Assembly (NCBI GenBank): GCA_009914755.4
Contig: CP086569.2
Location: forward strand, 33,024,001-33,088,000
Source: the human T2T-CHM13v2.0 reference genome, Homo sapiens
Direction: 5' to 3'
Length of the DNA: 64,000 nt
The notes beneath the pieces are model-generated. The model made no database searches. It saw only the letters and a list, made by a program, of their open reading frames with translations, and was not told the DNA's origin. This document shows, piece by piece, positions 1 through 64,000 of this stretch. How positions within the stretch are numbered: position 1 is the stretch's first letter; every line of letters starts with the position of its first letter. A program made the position numbers and the translations under genes.

Positions 1-867
1 AGTATATGATATATAACATACAATATATGATACCTAGTATATATGGTATACAATATATATTTTATGATATGTATTCTATATGTTTTATATTCTGTTATAT
101 ATAACTATTTGAAATTATATATAACTGTATAATATTTTATGTAAATATGTAATATAATATATATAACTATATAATATATTATATATAACTATATATTATG
201 TTATATATACTTTTATAACATAATTTACATAAAATGTCATAATATAATATATATTATATTATTTCACATTACATAATATATTTTACATATCACCCAATAT
301 AAGTAACATACATAATATTATAATATAGATTATATTATGTTATATTAAATATCATATATATCATGTATCATATATTCTATAATATATATTACACATTATA
401 TAATATGTATGTTGTCTATTTTGTGATATATAAAACTATATATATAATTATATTATTATACATATAACTAGATAAACATGTAATTCTACATATTTTCATT
501 TGTAATATATAGAATTATATAATCATATATAATTATTTATATTCTATAAAAAATTATATCATTATATAAATTATAATATAAAAAAATTATAATATGTACT
601 ACAAATATACATATTATATATCATATATGATATAGTACCTTTGTTATATATCATAATACATATAAATGTGTATTATGTTATCTTTAATTATATAATTTCA
701 TATATAAGATGTATAATATGTATTATATATTGTCTAGGTTATGTAATATATATAGTATATGTAAGCTGACACAGGATAAATATTATATACTATGACATAT
801 AAAATATATGAGGTTATATGTTACATATAAGGCATAGCACATAACATGTAATATATATCATATATAA
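1..867. repeat. Partial unit: AT-rich block belonging to a unit that starts upstream of the window
   Basis: Co-linear with the AT-rich blocks at 2404-3282 and 4819-5697, for example atgatatataacatacaatatatgatacct and the segment running to aggcatagcacataacatgtaatatatatcatatataa. Confidence 0.9.
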
Positions 868-1162
<295 letters not shown>

Positions 1163-1740
1163 TCCATATTTTTTAAATGAAAAAAAATTTCAAAGGTACT
1201 CTGCTTGGTACAATAATCAAATGTATAAACTGAGGAATAAAACATAACCATGAAACCTACTTATAACTGCATATGGAAAATACAGAGGATAATTTTTTAA
1301 ATAACATATTTTGAAAGCCTTAACTAGTAATTTGAAGAGTTGGCATTTGAAAGGCCAGTATGAATATACCTTCAAAGCAGCAACACAGGTTCCCCATGAG
1401 AAAAAGCAAACACAGGGAAAATAAAAACACAAAGGTTCAATCTCTTCTGACCTTTGAAAGACACAGCACAGACAGTGGTCCTTAGGACGAAGAGCAGGAG
1501 ACCCCTAATTCCGTCACCATGGCGATAGGGCACAAACATTGCTGGGTGAGGGCACAATCCACATTGAGAGGTCCAACTGCTGCCAGGAAGACAGGAGTGC
1601 TTTTACATAGACCGAAAGGTCATTGAAGGCTCAGAGTTTTGTTTCAAGAACTGAATCCCAAGCCCACACGTTATTAGGCTGCGCTTCTTAAAACAAGTTA
1701 TGAGATGAGAAAAAGGGCACCCACAAACATACGTATACAT
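1163..1740. other. Non-Alu segment of about 580 bp and unknown origin (shown for unit 1; recurs in every full unit between the Alu and the AT-rich block)
   Basis: Moderate GC, not Alu-like. Runs from atattttttaaatgaaaaaaaatttcaaagg to gggcacccacaaacatacgtatacat. Contains only the short, non-credible minus-strand ORFs. Confidence 0.6.
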
Positions 1741-3282
1741 TATGTATATAATAATATACAGTATCATATATATAATATATATAACCTATGTATAATATTG
1801 TTTTACATCCTGCATCTTATATTATATATATTGTATAAAATATAATAATTCATAATATATAACGTTTATATTTATACAATATGACATATAGTATATATTA
1901 TAATTTATGACATATATAATATATGTTATATATCATATATAGAATATATTATACGGTTAATATACGTATTAAATATAAATTATACATTATATATATTATA
2001 TAAAATATATCTGTTATATATAATACCCTTTATGCATAATATATATATTATGTCTATGTTATATATAGTATAAAACAACATATAATAATATATAATTGTA
2101 TATATAAAATGCGACATATAATATATATTATATTTTATGACATATGTAATATATATTATATATTATATATAATACGTTGTATGTATAATACCTATATTAA
2201 ATATATATTATATGACTATGTTATTAATTACATGTCACATATGTTATATATTATATATTTTACATAGAATATACCGGTTACATGCAATATATACTATGTT
2301 ACCTATAATGTATAATTGATTACATGTAAAATAAAGAATGCAATATATTATGTATAATTTATAATATACAATATGTGGAATGTGATATATATAACATATA
2401 ATATATGATATATGATATACAGTATATGATATATAACATACAATATATGATACCTAATATATATGGTATACAATATATATTTTATGATATGTATTCTATA
2501 TGTTTTATATTCTGTTATATATAACTATTTGAAATTATATATAACTGTATAATATTTTATGCAAATATGTAATATAATATATATAACTATATAATATATT
2601 ATATATAACTATATATTATGTTATATACACTTTTATCACATAATTTACATTAAATATCATAATATAATATATATTATATTATTTCACATTACATAATATA
2701 TATTACATATCACCCAATATAAGTAACATACATAATATTATAATATAGATTATATTATGTTATATTAAATATCATATATATCATGTATCATATATTCTAT
2801 AATATATATTACACATTATATAATATGTATGTTGTCTATTATGTGATATATATAACTATATATAATTATATTATTATACATATAACTAGATAAACATGTA
2901 ATTCTACATATTTTCATTTATAATATATAGAATTATATAATCATATATAATTATTTATATTCTATAAAAAATTATATCATTATATAAATTATAATATATA
3001 AAAATTATAATATGTACTACATATATATATTATATATCATATATGATATAGTACCTTTGTTATATATCATAATACATATAAATGTGTATTATGTTATCTA
3101 TAATTATATAATTTCATATATAAGTTGTATAATATGTATCAAATATTATATATGTGTGTAATATATATAGTATATATAAGCTGACACAGGATAAATATTA
3201 TATACTATGACATATAAAATATATGAGGTTATATGTTACATATAAGGCATAGCACATAACATGTAATATATATCATATATAA
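1741..3282. repeat. AT-rich block (>85% A+T), non-simple and TATA-like (shown for unit 1; recurs in every unit)
   Basis: No single short motif repeats, but there are older internal similarities, for example gacatataRtatatattataWtttatgacatatRtaatatat at about 1883 and about 2113. Confidence 0.85.
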
Positions 3283-5697
<2,415 letters not shown>

Positions 5698-5976
5698 TTT
5701 TTTTTTAGACAGAGTCTTGTCCTGTTGCACAGGGTGGGGTACAATGGCGCCATCTTTGCTCACTGCAACATCTGCCTCAAGGGTCCAAGCGATTGGCCTC
5801 CCTCAGCCTCCCAGGTAGCTGGGACTACAGCAGCTGCCACCATGCCTAGCTAATTTTTTGGATTTTTAGTAGTGACAGCGTTTCACTGTATTGGCCAGGA
5901 TGGTCTTGATCTCTTCACCTTGTGATCCCCTTGCCTTGGCCTCCAAATTTGCTGGGATTACAGGCCTGAGCCAAGA
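5698..5976 (-). mobile_element. Alu copy, unit 3 (lacks the 16-bp internal duplication)
   Basis: Same Alu; reads gggactacagcagctgcc. Confidence 0.92.
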
Positions 5977-8101
5977 TCCATATTTTTTAAATGAAAAAAA
6001 ATTTCAAAGGTACTCTGCTTGGTACAATAATCAAATGTATAAACTGAGGAATAAAACATAACCATGAAACCTACTTATAACTGCATATGGAAAATACAGA
6101 GGATAATTTTTTAAATAACATATTTTGAAAGCCTTAACTAGTAATTTGAAGAGTTGGCATTTGAAAGGCCAGTATGAATATACCTTCAAAGCAGCAACAC
6201 AGGATCCCCATGAGAAAAAGCAAGCAAAGGGAAAATAAAAACACAAAGGTTCAATCTCTTCTGACCTTTGAAAGACACAGCACAGACAGTGGTCCTTAGG
6301 ACGAAGAGCAGGAGACCCCTAATTCCGTCACCATGGCGATAGGGCATAAACATTGCTGGGTGAGGGCACAATCCACATTGTGAGGTCCAACTGCTGCTAG
6401 GAAGACAGGAGTGCTTTTACATAGACCGAAAGGTCATTGAAGGCTCAGAGTTTTGTTTCAAGAACTGAATCCCAAGCCCACACGTTATTAGGCTGCACTT
6501 CTTAAAACAAGTTATGAGATGGGAAAAAGGGCACCCACAAACATACGTATACATTATGTATATAATAATATACAGTATCATATATTTAATATATATAACC
6601 TATGTATAATATTGTTTTACATCCTGCATCTTATGTTATGTATATTGTATAAAATATAGTAATTGATAATATATAAGTTTTATATTTATACAATATGACA
6701 TATAGTATATATTATAATTTATGACATATATAATATATGTTATATATCATATATAGAATATATTATACGGTTAATATACGTATTAAATATAAATTATACA
6801 TTATATATATTATATATAATATATCTGTTATATATAATACCCATTATGCATAATATATATATTATGTCTACGTTATATATAGTATAAAACAACATATAAT
6901 AATATATAATAGTATATATAAAATGCGACATATAATATATATTATATTTTATAACATATGTAATATATATTATATATTATATATAATACGTTGTATGTAT
7001 AATACCTATATTAAATATATATTATATGACTATGTTATTAATTACATGTCACATGTGTTATATATTATATATTTTACATAGAATATACCGGTTACATACA
7101 ATATATACTATGTTACCTATAATGTATAATTTATTACATGTAAAATAAAGAATGCAATATATTATGTATAATTTATAATATACAATATGTGGAATGAGAT
7201 ATATATAACATATAATATATGATATATGATATACAGTATATGATATATAACATACAATATATGATTCCTAATATATATGGTATACAATATATATTTTATG
7301 ATATGTATTCTATATGTTTTATATTCTGTTATATATAACTATTTGAAATTATATATAACTGTATAATATTTTATGTAAATATGTAATATAATATATATAA
7401 CTATATAATATATTATATATAACTATATATTATGTTATATACACTTTTATAACATAATTTACATAAAATATCATAATATAATATATATTATATTATTTCA
7501 TATTACATAATATATATTACATATCACCCAATATAACTAACATACATAATATTATAATATAGATTATATTATGTTATATGAAATATCATATATATCATGT
7601 ATCATATATTCTATAATATATATTACACATTATAAAATATGTATGTTGTCTATTATGTGATATATATAACTCTATATATAATTATATTATTATACATATA
7701 ACTAGATAAACATGTAATTCTACATATTTTCATTTATAATATGTAGAATTATATAATCATATATAATTATTTATATTCTATAAAAAATTTTATCATTATA
7801 TAAATTATAATATATAAAAATTATAATATGTACTACAAATATATATATTATATATCATATATGATATAGTACCTTTGTTATATATCATAATACATATAAA
7901 TGTGTATTATGTTATCTATAATTATATAATTTCATATATAAGATGTATAATATGTATCATATATTATATATGTTATGTAATATATATAGTATATATAAGA
8001 TGACACAGGATAAATATTATATACTATGACATATAAAATATATGAGGTTATATGTTACATATAAGGCATAGCACATAACATGTAATATATACCATATATA
8101 A
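5698..8101. repeat. Repeat unit 3 (2404 bp; transitional subtype; lacks the 16-bp intra-Alu duplication)
   Basis: Reads gggactacagcagctgccacc instead of gggactacaccacactgggactacaccagctgccacc. Mixes agagtc and acatctgcc (edge-like) with ggggtaca (core-like). Confidence 0.88.
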
Positions 8102-17777
<9,676 letters not shown>

Positions 17778-18072
17778 TTTTTTTTTAGACAGAATCTTGT
17801 CCTGTTGCACAGGGAGGGGTACAATGGCGCCATCTTTGCTCACTGCAACTTCTGCCTCACGGGTCCAAGCGATTGTCCTCCCTCAGCCTCCCAGGTAGCT
17901 GGGACTACACCACACTGGGACTACAGCAGCTGCCACCATGCCTAGCTAATTTTTTGGATTTTTAATAGTGACAGCGTTTCACTGTATTGGCCAGGATGGT
18001 CTTGATCTCTTCACCTTGTGATCCCCTTGCCTTGGCCTCCAAATTTGCTGGGATTACAGGCCTGAGCCAAGA
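17778..18072 (-). mobile_element. Alu copy, unit 8
   Basis: Periodic copy. Confidence 0.93.
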
Positions 18073-20197
18073 TCCGTATTTTTTAAATGAAAAAAAATTT
18101 CAAAGGTACTCTGCTTGGTACAATAATCAAATGTATAAACTGAGGAATAAAACATAACCATGAAACCTACTTATAACTGCATATGGAAAATACAGAGGAT
18201 AATTTTTTAAATAACATATTTTGAAAGCCTTAACTAGTAATTTGAAGAGTTGGCATTTGAAAGGCCAGTATGAATATACCTTCAAAGCAGCAACACAGGT
18301 TCCCCATGTGAAAAAGCAAACACAGGGAAAATAAAAACACAAAGGTTCAATCTCTTCTGACCTTTGAAAGACACAGCACAGACAGTGGTCCTTAGGACGA
18401 AGAGCAGGAGACCCCTAATTCCGTCACCATGGCGATAGGGCATAAACATTGCTGGGTGAGGGCACAATCCACATTGTGAGGTCCAACTGCTGCCAGGAAG
18501 ACAGGAGTGCTTTTACATAGACCGAAAGGTCATTGAAGGCTCAGAGTCTTGTTTCAAGAACTGAATCCCAAGCCCACGCGTTATTAGGCTGCGCTTCTTA
18601 AAACAAGTTATGAGATGGGAAAAAGGGCACCCACAAACATACGTATACATTATGTATATAATAATATACAGTATCATATATATAATATATATAACCTATG
18701 TATAATATTGTTTTACATCCTGCATCTTATGTTATATATATTGTATAAAATATAATAATTGATAATATATAAGTTTTATAATTATACAATATGACATATA
18801 GTATATATTATAATTTATGACATATATAATATATGTTATATATCATATATAGAATATATTATACGGTTAATATACGTATTAAATATAAATTATACATTAT
18901 ATATATTATATATAATATATCTGTTATATATAATACCCATTATGCATAATATATATATTATGTCTACGTTATATATAGTATAAAACAACATATAATAATA
19001 TATAATTGTATATATAAAATGCGACATAGAATATATATTATATTTTATAACATATGTAATATATATTATATATTATATATAATACGTTGTATGTATAATA
19101 CCTATATTAAATATATATTATATGACTATGTTATTAATTACATGTCACATGTGTTATATATTATATATTTTACATAGAATATACCGGTTACATACAATAT
19201 ATACTATGTTACCTATAATGTATAATTTATTACATGTAAAATAAAGAATGCAATATATTATGTATAATTTATAATATACAATATGTGGAATGTGATATAT
19301 ATAACATATAATATATGATATATGATATACAGTATATGATATATAACATACAATATATGATTCCTAATATATATGGTATACAATATATATTTTATGATAT
19401 GTATTCTATATGTTTTATATTCTGTTATATATAACTATTTGAAATTATATATAACTGTATAATATTTTACGTAAATATGTAATATAATATATATAACTAT
19501 ATAATATATTATATATAACTATATATTATGTTATATATACTTTTATAACATAATTTACATAAAATATCATAATATAATATATATTATATTATTTCATATT
19601 ACATAATATATATTACATATCACCCAATATAACTAACATACATAATATTATAATATAGATTATATTGTGTTATATTATATATCATATATATCATGTATCA
19701 TATATTCTATAATATATATTACACATTATATAATATGTATGTTGTCTATTATGTGATATATATAACTCTATATATATTTATATTTTTATACATATAACTA
19801 GATAAACATGTAATTCTACATATTTTCACTTATAATATGTAGAATTACATAATCATATATAATTATTTATATTCTATAAAAAATTTTATCATTATATAAA
19901 TTATAATATATAAAAATTATAATATGTACTACAAATATATATATTATATATCATATATGATATAGTACCTTTGTTATATTTCATAATACATATAAATGTG
20001 TATTATGTTATCTATAATTATATAATTTCATATATAAGATGTATAATATGTATCATATATTATATATGTTATGTAATATATATAGTATATATAAGATGAC
20101 ACAGGATAAATATTATATACTATGACATATAAAATATATGAGGTTATATGTTACATATAAGGCATAGCACATAACATGTAATATATATCATATATAA
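17778..20197. repeat. Repeat unit 8 (2420 bp; core)
   Basis: Periodicity and core variants. Confidence 0.9.
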
Positions 20198-54120
<33,923 letters not shown>

Positions 54121-55173
54121 TCCATATTTTTTAAATGAATAAAAATTTCAAAGGTACTCTGCTTGGTACAATAATCAAATATATAAACTGAGGAATAAAA
54201 CATAACCATGAAACCTACTTATAACTGCATATGGAAAATACAGAGGATAATTTTTTAAATAACATATTTTGAAAGCCTTAACTAGTAATTTGAAGATTTG
54301 GCATTTGAAAGGCCAGTATGAATATACCTTCAAAGCAGCAACACAGGTTCCCCTTGAGAAAAAGCAAACTCAGAGAAAATGAAACCACAAAGGCTCAATC
54401 TCTTCTGACCTTTGAAAGACACAGCACAGACAGTGGTCCTTAGGACGAAGAGCAGGAGACCCCTAATTCCGTCACCATGGCGATAGGGCATAAACATTGC
54501 TGGGTGAGGGCACAATCCACATTGTGAGGTCCAAGTGCTGCCAGGAAGACAGGAGTGCTTTTACATAGACCGAAAGGTCATTGAAGGCTCAGAGTTTTGT
54601 TTCAAGAACTGAATCCCAAGCCCACACGTTATTAGGCTGCGCTTCTTAAAACAAGTTATGAGATGGGAAAAAGGGCACCCACAAACATACGTATACATTA
54701 TGTATATAATAATATACAGTATCATATATATAATATATATAACCTATGTATAATATTGTTTTACATCCTGCATCTTATGTTATATATATTGTATAAAATA
54801 TAATAATTGATAATATATAAGTTTTATATTTATACAATATGACATATAGTATATATTATAATTTATGACATATATAATATATGTTATATATCATATATAG
54901 AATATATTATACGGTTAATATACGTATTAAATATAAATTATACATTATATATATTATATATAATATATCTGTTATATATAATACCCCTTATGCATAATAT
55001 ATATATTATGTCTATGTTATATATAGTATAAAACAACACATAATAATATATAATTGTATACATAAAATGCGACATATAATATATATTATATTTTATGACA
55101 TATGTAATATATATTATATATTATATATAATACGTTGTATGTATAATACATATATTAAATATATATTATATGA

Positions 55174-55346
55174 CCTATATTAAATATATATTATTTATAT
55201 ATATTTATTATATATTTAATATATATTATATATAATATAAATATATTTAATATATATAATATATATTAAATATATATTATATGACCTATATTAAATATAT
55301 ATTATATAATATATATTTATAATAATATAAATATATATTATATGTA
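55174..55346. repeat. Unit-specific palindromic AT-rich insertion or local amplification
   Basis: atattaaatatatattat(atgacc) alternates with its inverted copy atatttaatatatattat/ataatatatattaaatat. It is absent from the equivalent position in all other units. Confidence 0.8.
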
Positions 55347-56384
55347 ATGTTATTAATTACATGTCACATGTGTTATATATTATATATTTTACATAGAATA
55401 TACCGGTTACATACAATATATACTATGTTACCTACAATGTATAATTGATTACATGTAAAATAAAGAATGCAATATATTATGTATAATTTATAATATACAA
55501 TATGTGGAATGTGATATATATAACATATAATATATGATATATGATATAGAGTATATGATATATAACATACAATATATGATACCTAATATATATGGTATAC
55601 AATATATATTTTATGATATGTATTCTATATGTAATATATTCTCTTATATATAACTATTTGAAATTATATATAACTGTATAATATTTTATGTAAATATGTA
55701 ATATAATATATATAAGTATATAATATATTATATATAACTATATATTATGTTATATATACTTTTATAACATAATTTACATAAAATATCATAATATAATATA
55801 TATTATATTATTTCATATTACATAATGTATATTACATATCACCCAATATAAGTAACATACATAATATTATAATATAGATTATATTGTGTTATATTAAATA
55901 TCATATATATCATGTATCATATATTCTATAATATATATTATATATTATATAATATGTATGTTGTCTATTATGTGATATATATAACTACATATATAATTAT
56001 ATTATTATACATATAACTAGATAAACATGTAATTCTACATATTTTCATTTATAATATAGAGAATTATATAATCATATATAATTATTTATATTCTATAAAA
56101 AATTATGTCATTATATAAATTATAATATATAAAAATTATAATATGTACTACAAATATATATATTATATATCATATATGATATAGTACCTTTGTTATATAT
56201 CATAAAACATATAAATGTGTATTATGTTATCTATAATTATATAATTTCATATATAAGATGTATAATATGTATCATATATTATATATGTTATGTAATATAT
56301 ATAGTATATATAAGATGACACAGGATAAATATTATATACTATGACATATAAAATATATGAGGTTATAATATATATCATATATAA

Positions 56385-58804
<2,420 letters not shown>

Positions 58805-59099
58805 TATTTTTTTAGACAGAGTCTTGTCCTGTTGCACATGGTGGAGTACAATGGCGCCATCTTTGCTCACTGTAACATCTGCCTCATGGGTCCAAGCGAT
58901 TGTCCTCCCTCAGCCTCCCAGGTAGCTGGGACTGCACCACACTGGGACTACACCAGCTGCCACCATGCCTAGCTAATTTTTTGGATTTTTAGTAGTGACA
59001 GCGTTTCACTGTATTGGCCAGGATGGTCTTGATCTCTTCACCTTGTGATCCCCTTGCCTTGGCCTCCAAATTTGCTGGGATTACAGGCCTGAGCCAAGA
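58805..59099 (-). mobile_element. Alu copy, unit 25
   Basis: Periodic copy; poly-T shortened (atattttttt). Confidence 0.92.
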
Positions 59100-60924
59100 T
59101 CCATATTTTTTAAATGAAAAAAAATTTCAAAGGTACTCTGCTTGGTACAATAATCAAATGTATAAACTGAGGAATAAAACATAACCATGAAACCTACTTA
59201 TTACTGCATATGGAAAATACAGAGGATAATTTTTTAAATAACATATTTTGAAAGCCTTAACTAGTAATTTGAAGAGTTGGCATTTGAAAGGCCAGTATGA
59301 ATATTCCTTCAGAGCAGCAACACAGGTTCCCCATGAGAAAAAGCAAACTCAGGGAAAATGAAACCACAAAGGTTCAATCTCTTCTGACCTTTGAAAGACA
59401 CAGCACAGACAGTGGTCCTTAGGACGAAGAGCAGGAGACCCCTAATTCCGTCACCATTGCGATAGGGCATAAACATTGCTGGGTGAGGGCACAATCCACA
59501 TTGTGAGGTCCAACTGCTGCCAGGAAGACAGGAGTGCTTTTACATAGACCGAAAGGTCATTGAAGGCTCAGAGTTTTGTTTCAAGAACTGAATCCCAAGC
59601 CCACACGTTATTAGGCTGCGCTTCTTAAAACAAGTTATGAGATGGGAAAAAGGGCACCCACAAACATACGTATACATTATGTATATAATAATATACAGTA
59701 TCATATATATAATATATATAACCTGTATATAATATTGTTTTACATCCTGCATCTTATATTATATATATTGTGTAAAATATAATAATTGATAATATATAAG
59801 TTTTATATTTATACAATATGACATATAGTATATATTATAATTTATGACATATATAATATATGTTATATATAATATATAGAATATATTATACGGTTAATAT
59901 ACGTATTAAATATAAATTATACATTATATATATTATATATAATATATCTGTTATATATAATACCCATTATACATAATATATATATTATGTCTATGTTTTA
60001 TATAGTATAAACCAACATATAATAATATATAATTGTATATATAAAATGTGACATATAATATATATTATGTTTTATGACATATGTAACATGTATTATATAT
60101 TATAGATATTACGTTGTATGTATAATACCTATATTAAATATATATTATATGACGATGTTATTAATTACATGTCACATATGTTATATATTATATATTTTAC
60201 ATGGAATATACCGGTTACATATAATATATACTATGTTACCTATAATGTATAATTTATTACATGTAATATAATGAATGTCATATATTATATATAATTTATA
60301 ATATACAATATGTGGAATGTGATATATATAACATATATGATATATGATATAAAGTATATGATATATAACATACAATATATGATACGTAATATATATGGTA
60401 TACAATATATATTTTATGATATGTATTCTATATGTTTTATATTCTGTTATATATAACTATTTGAAATTATATATAACTGTATAATATTTTATGTAAATAT
60501 GTAATATAATATATATAACTATATAATATATTATATATAACTATATTTTATGTTATATATACTTTTATAACATAATTTACATAAAATATAATAATATAAA
60601 ATATATTATATTATTTCATATTACATAATATATATTCAATATCACCCAATATAAGTAACATACATACTATTAAAATATAGATTATATTATGTTATATTAA
60701 ATATCATATATATCATGTATCATATATTCTATAATATATATTATGCATTATATAATATGCATGTTGTCTATTATGTGATATATATAACTATATATATAAT
60801 TGTATTATTATACATATAACTATATAAACATTTAATTCTATATATTTTCATTTACAATATATAGAATTATATAATCATAATTATTTATATTCTATAAAAA
60901 ATTATATCATTATATAAATTATAA
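58805..60924. repeat. Repeat unit 25a (about 2120 bp; distal about 250 bp of its AT-rich block missing)
   Basis: Alu, non-Alu segment and about 1.3 kb of the AT-rich block are present, ending at aaattatatcattatataaattataat. It then joins directly onto the end of a non-Alu segment. Confidence 0.8.

Positions 60925-64000
<3,076 letters not shown>

Noticed and set aside
1217-1557. Recurrent minus-strand ORFs of 61 aa (MCPHPAMF...) and 71 aa (MCFYFPCVCFF...), present in nearly every unit of the ORF track
   Set aside because: They recur only because the DNA is tandemly repeated, not because of coding constraint. Between diverged units the substitutions are not enriched at synonymous positions (for example the changes in units 21-26). 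The peptides are short, have no recognisable domain or signal, overlap each other and lie partly in low-complexity sequence. In a primate Alu-containing satellite the most economical reading is that they are spurious.

Overview
The whole 64 kb window is one eukaryotic, primate-type tandem array (macrosatellite-like). It is not prokaryotic DNA and contains no recognisable protein-coding gene or microbial defence system.

A roughly 2.42 kb unit is repeated head-to-tail about 26 times, with periods of 2415-2420 bp. Each unit has three parts:
- an old, CpG-decayed Alu SINE in minus orientation (about 295 bp), with its poly-A tail showing as a 9-T run on the + strand and its 5'-most ~12 bp missing;
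- a non-Alu segment of about 580 bp and unknown origin;
- a block of about 1.54 kb that is more than 85% A+T, non-simple and TATA-like, with traces of older internal periodicity of roughly 230-330 bp.

The Alu truncation and both Alu/flank junctions are the same in every copy, so the amplification happened after the Alu inserted.

The interior units (about 8.1-47.6 kb) are near-identical. They carry derived variants relative to the Alu consensus used as outgroup. Units at both edges (1-5.7 kb and about 49-64 kb) are more divergent and keep the consensus-like states. The 3' side is further marked by structural variants:
- a 248 bp deletion at about 49.1 kb;
- a palindromic AT-rich insertion of about 173 bp at about 55.2 kb, plus a deletion of about 35 bp at about 56.37 kb;
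- a 1.3 kb deletion-derivative partial unit at about 60.9 kb.

Three independent pairs of adjacent, near-identical units point to recent single-unit duplications.

The small ORFs in the supplied track (61-aa, 71-aa and I/Y-rich peptides) recur only because the DNA repeats, and are judged spurious. No rRNA, tRNA, CRISPR, IS or operon-like structure was found. The array runs off both ends of the window, so it is at least 64 kb. All coordinates are hand-derived and accurate to about ±5 bp.
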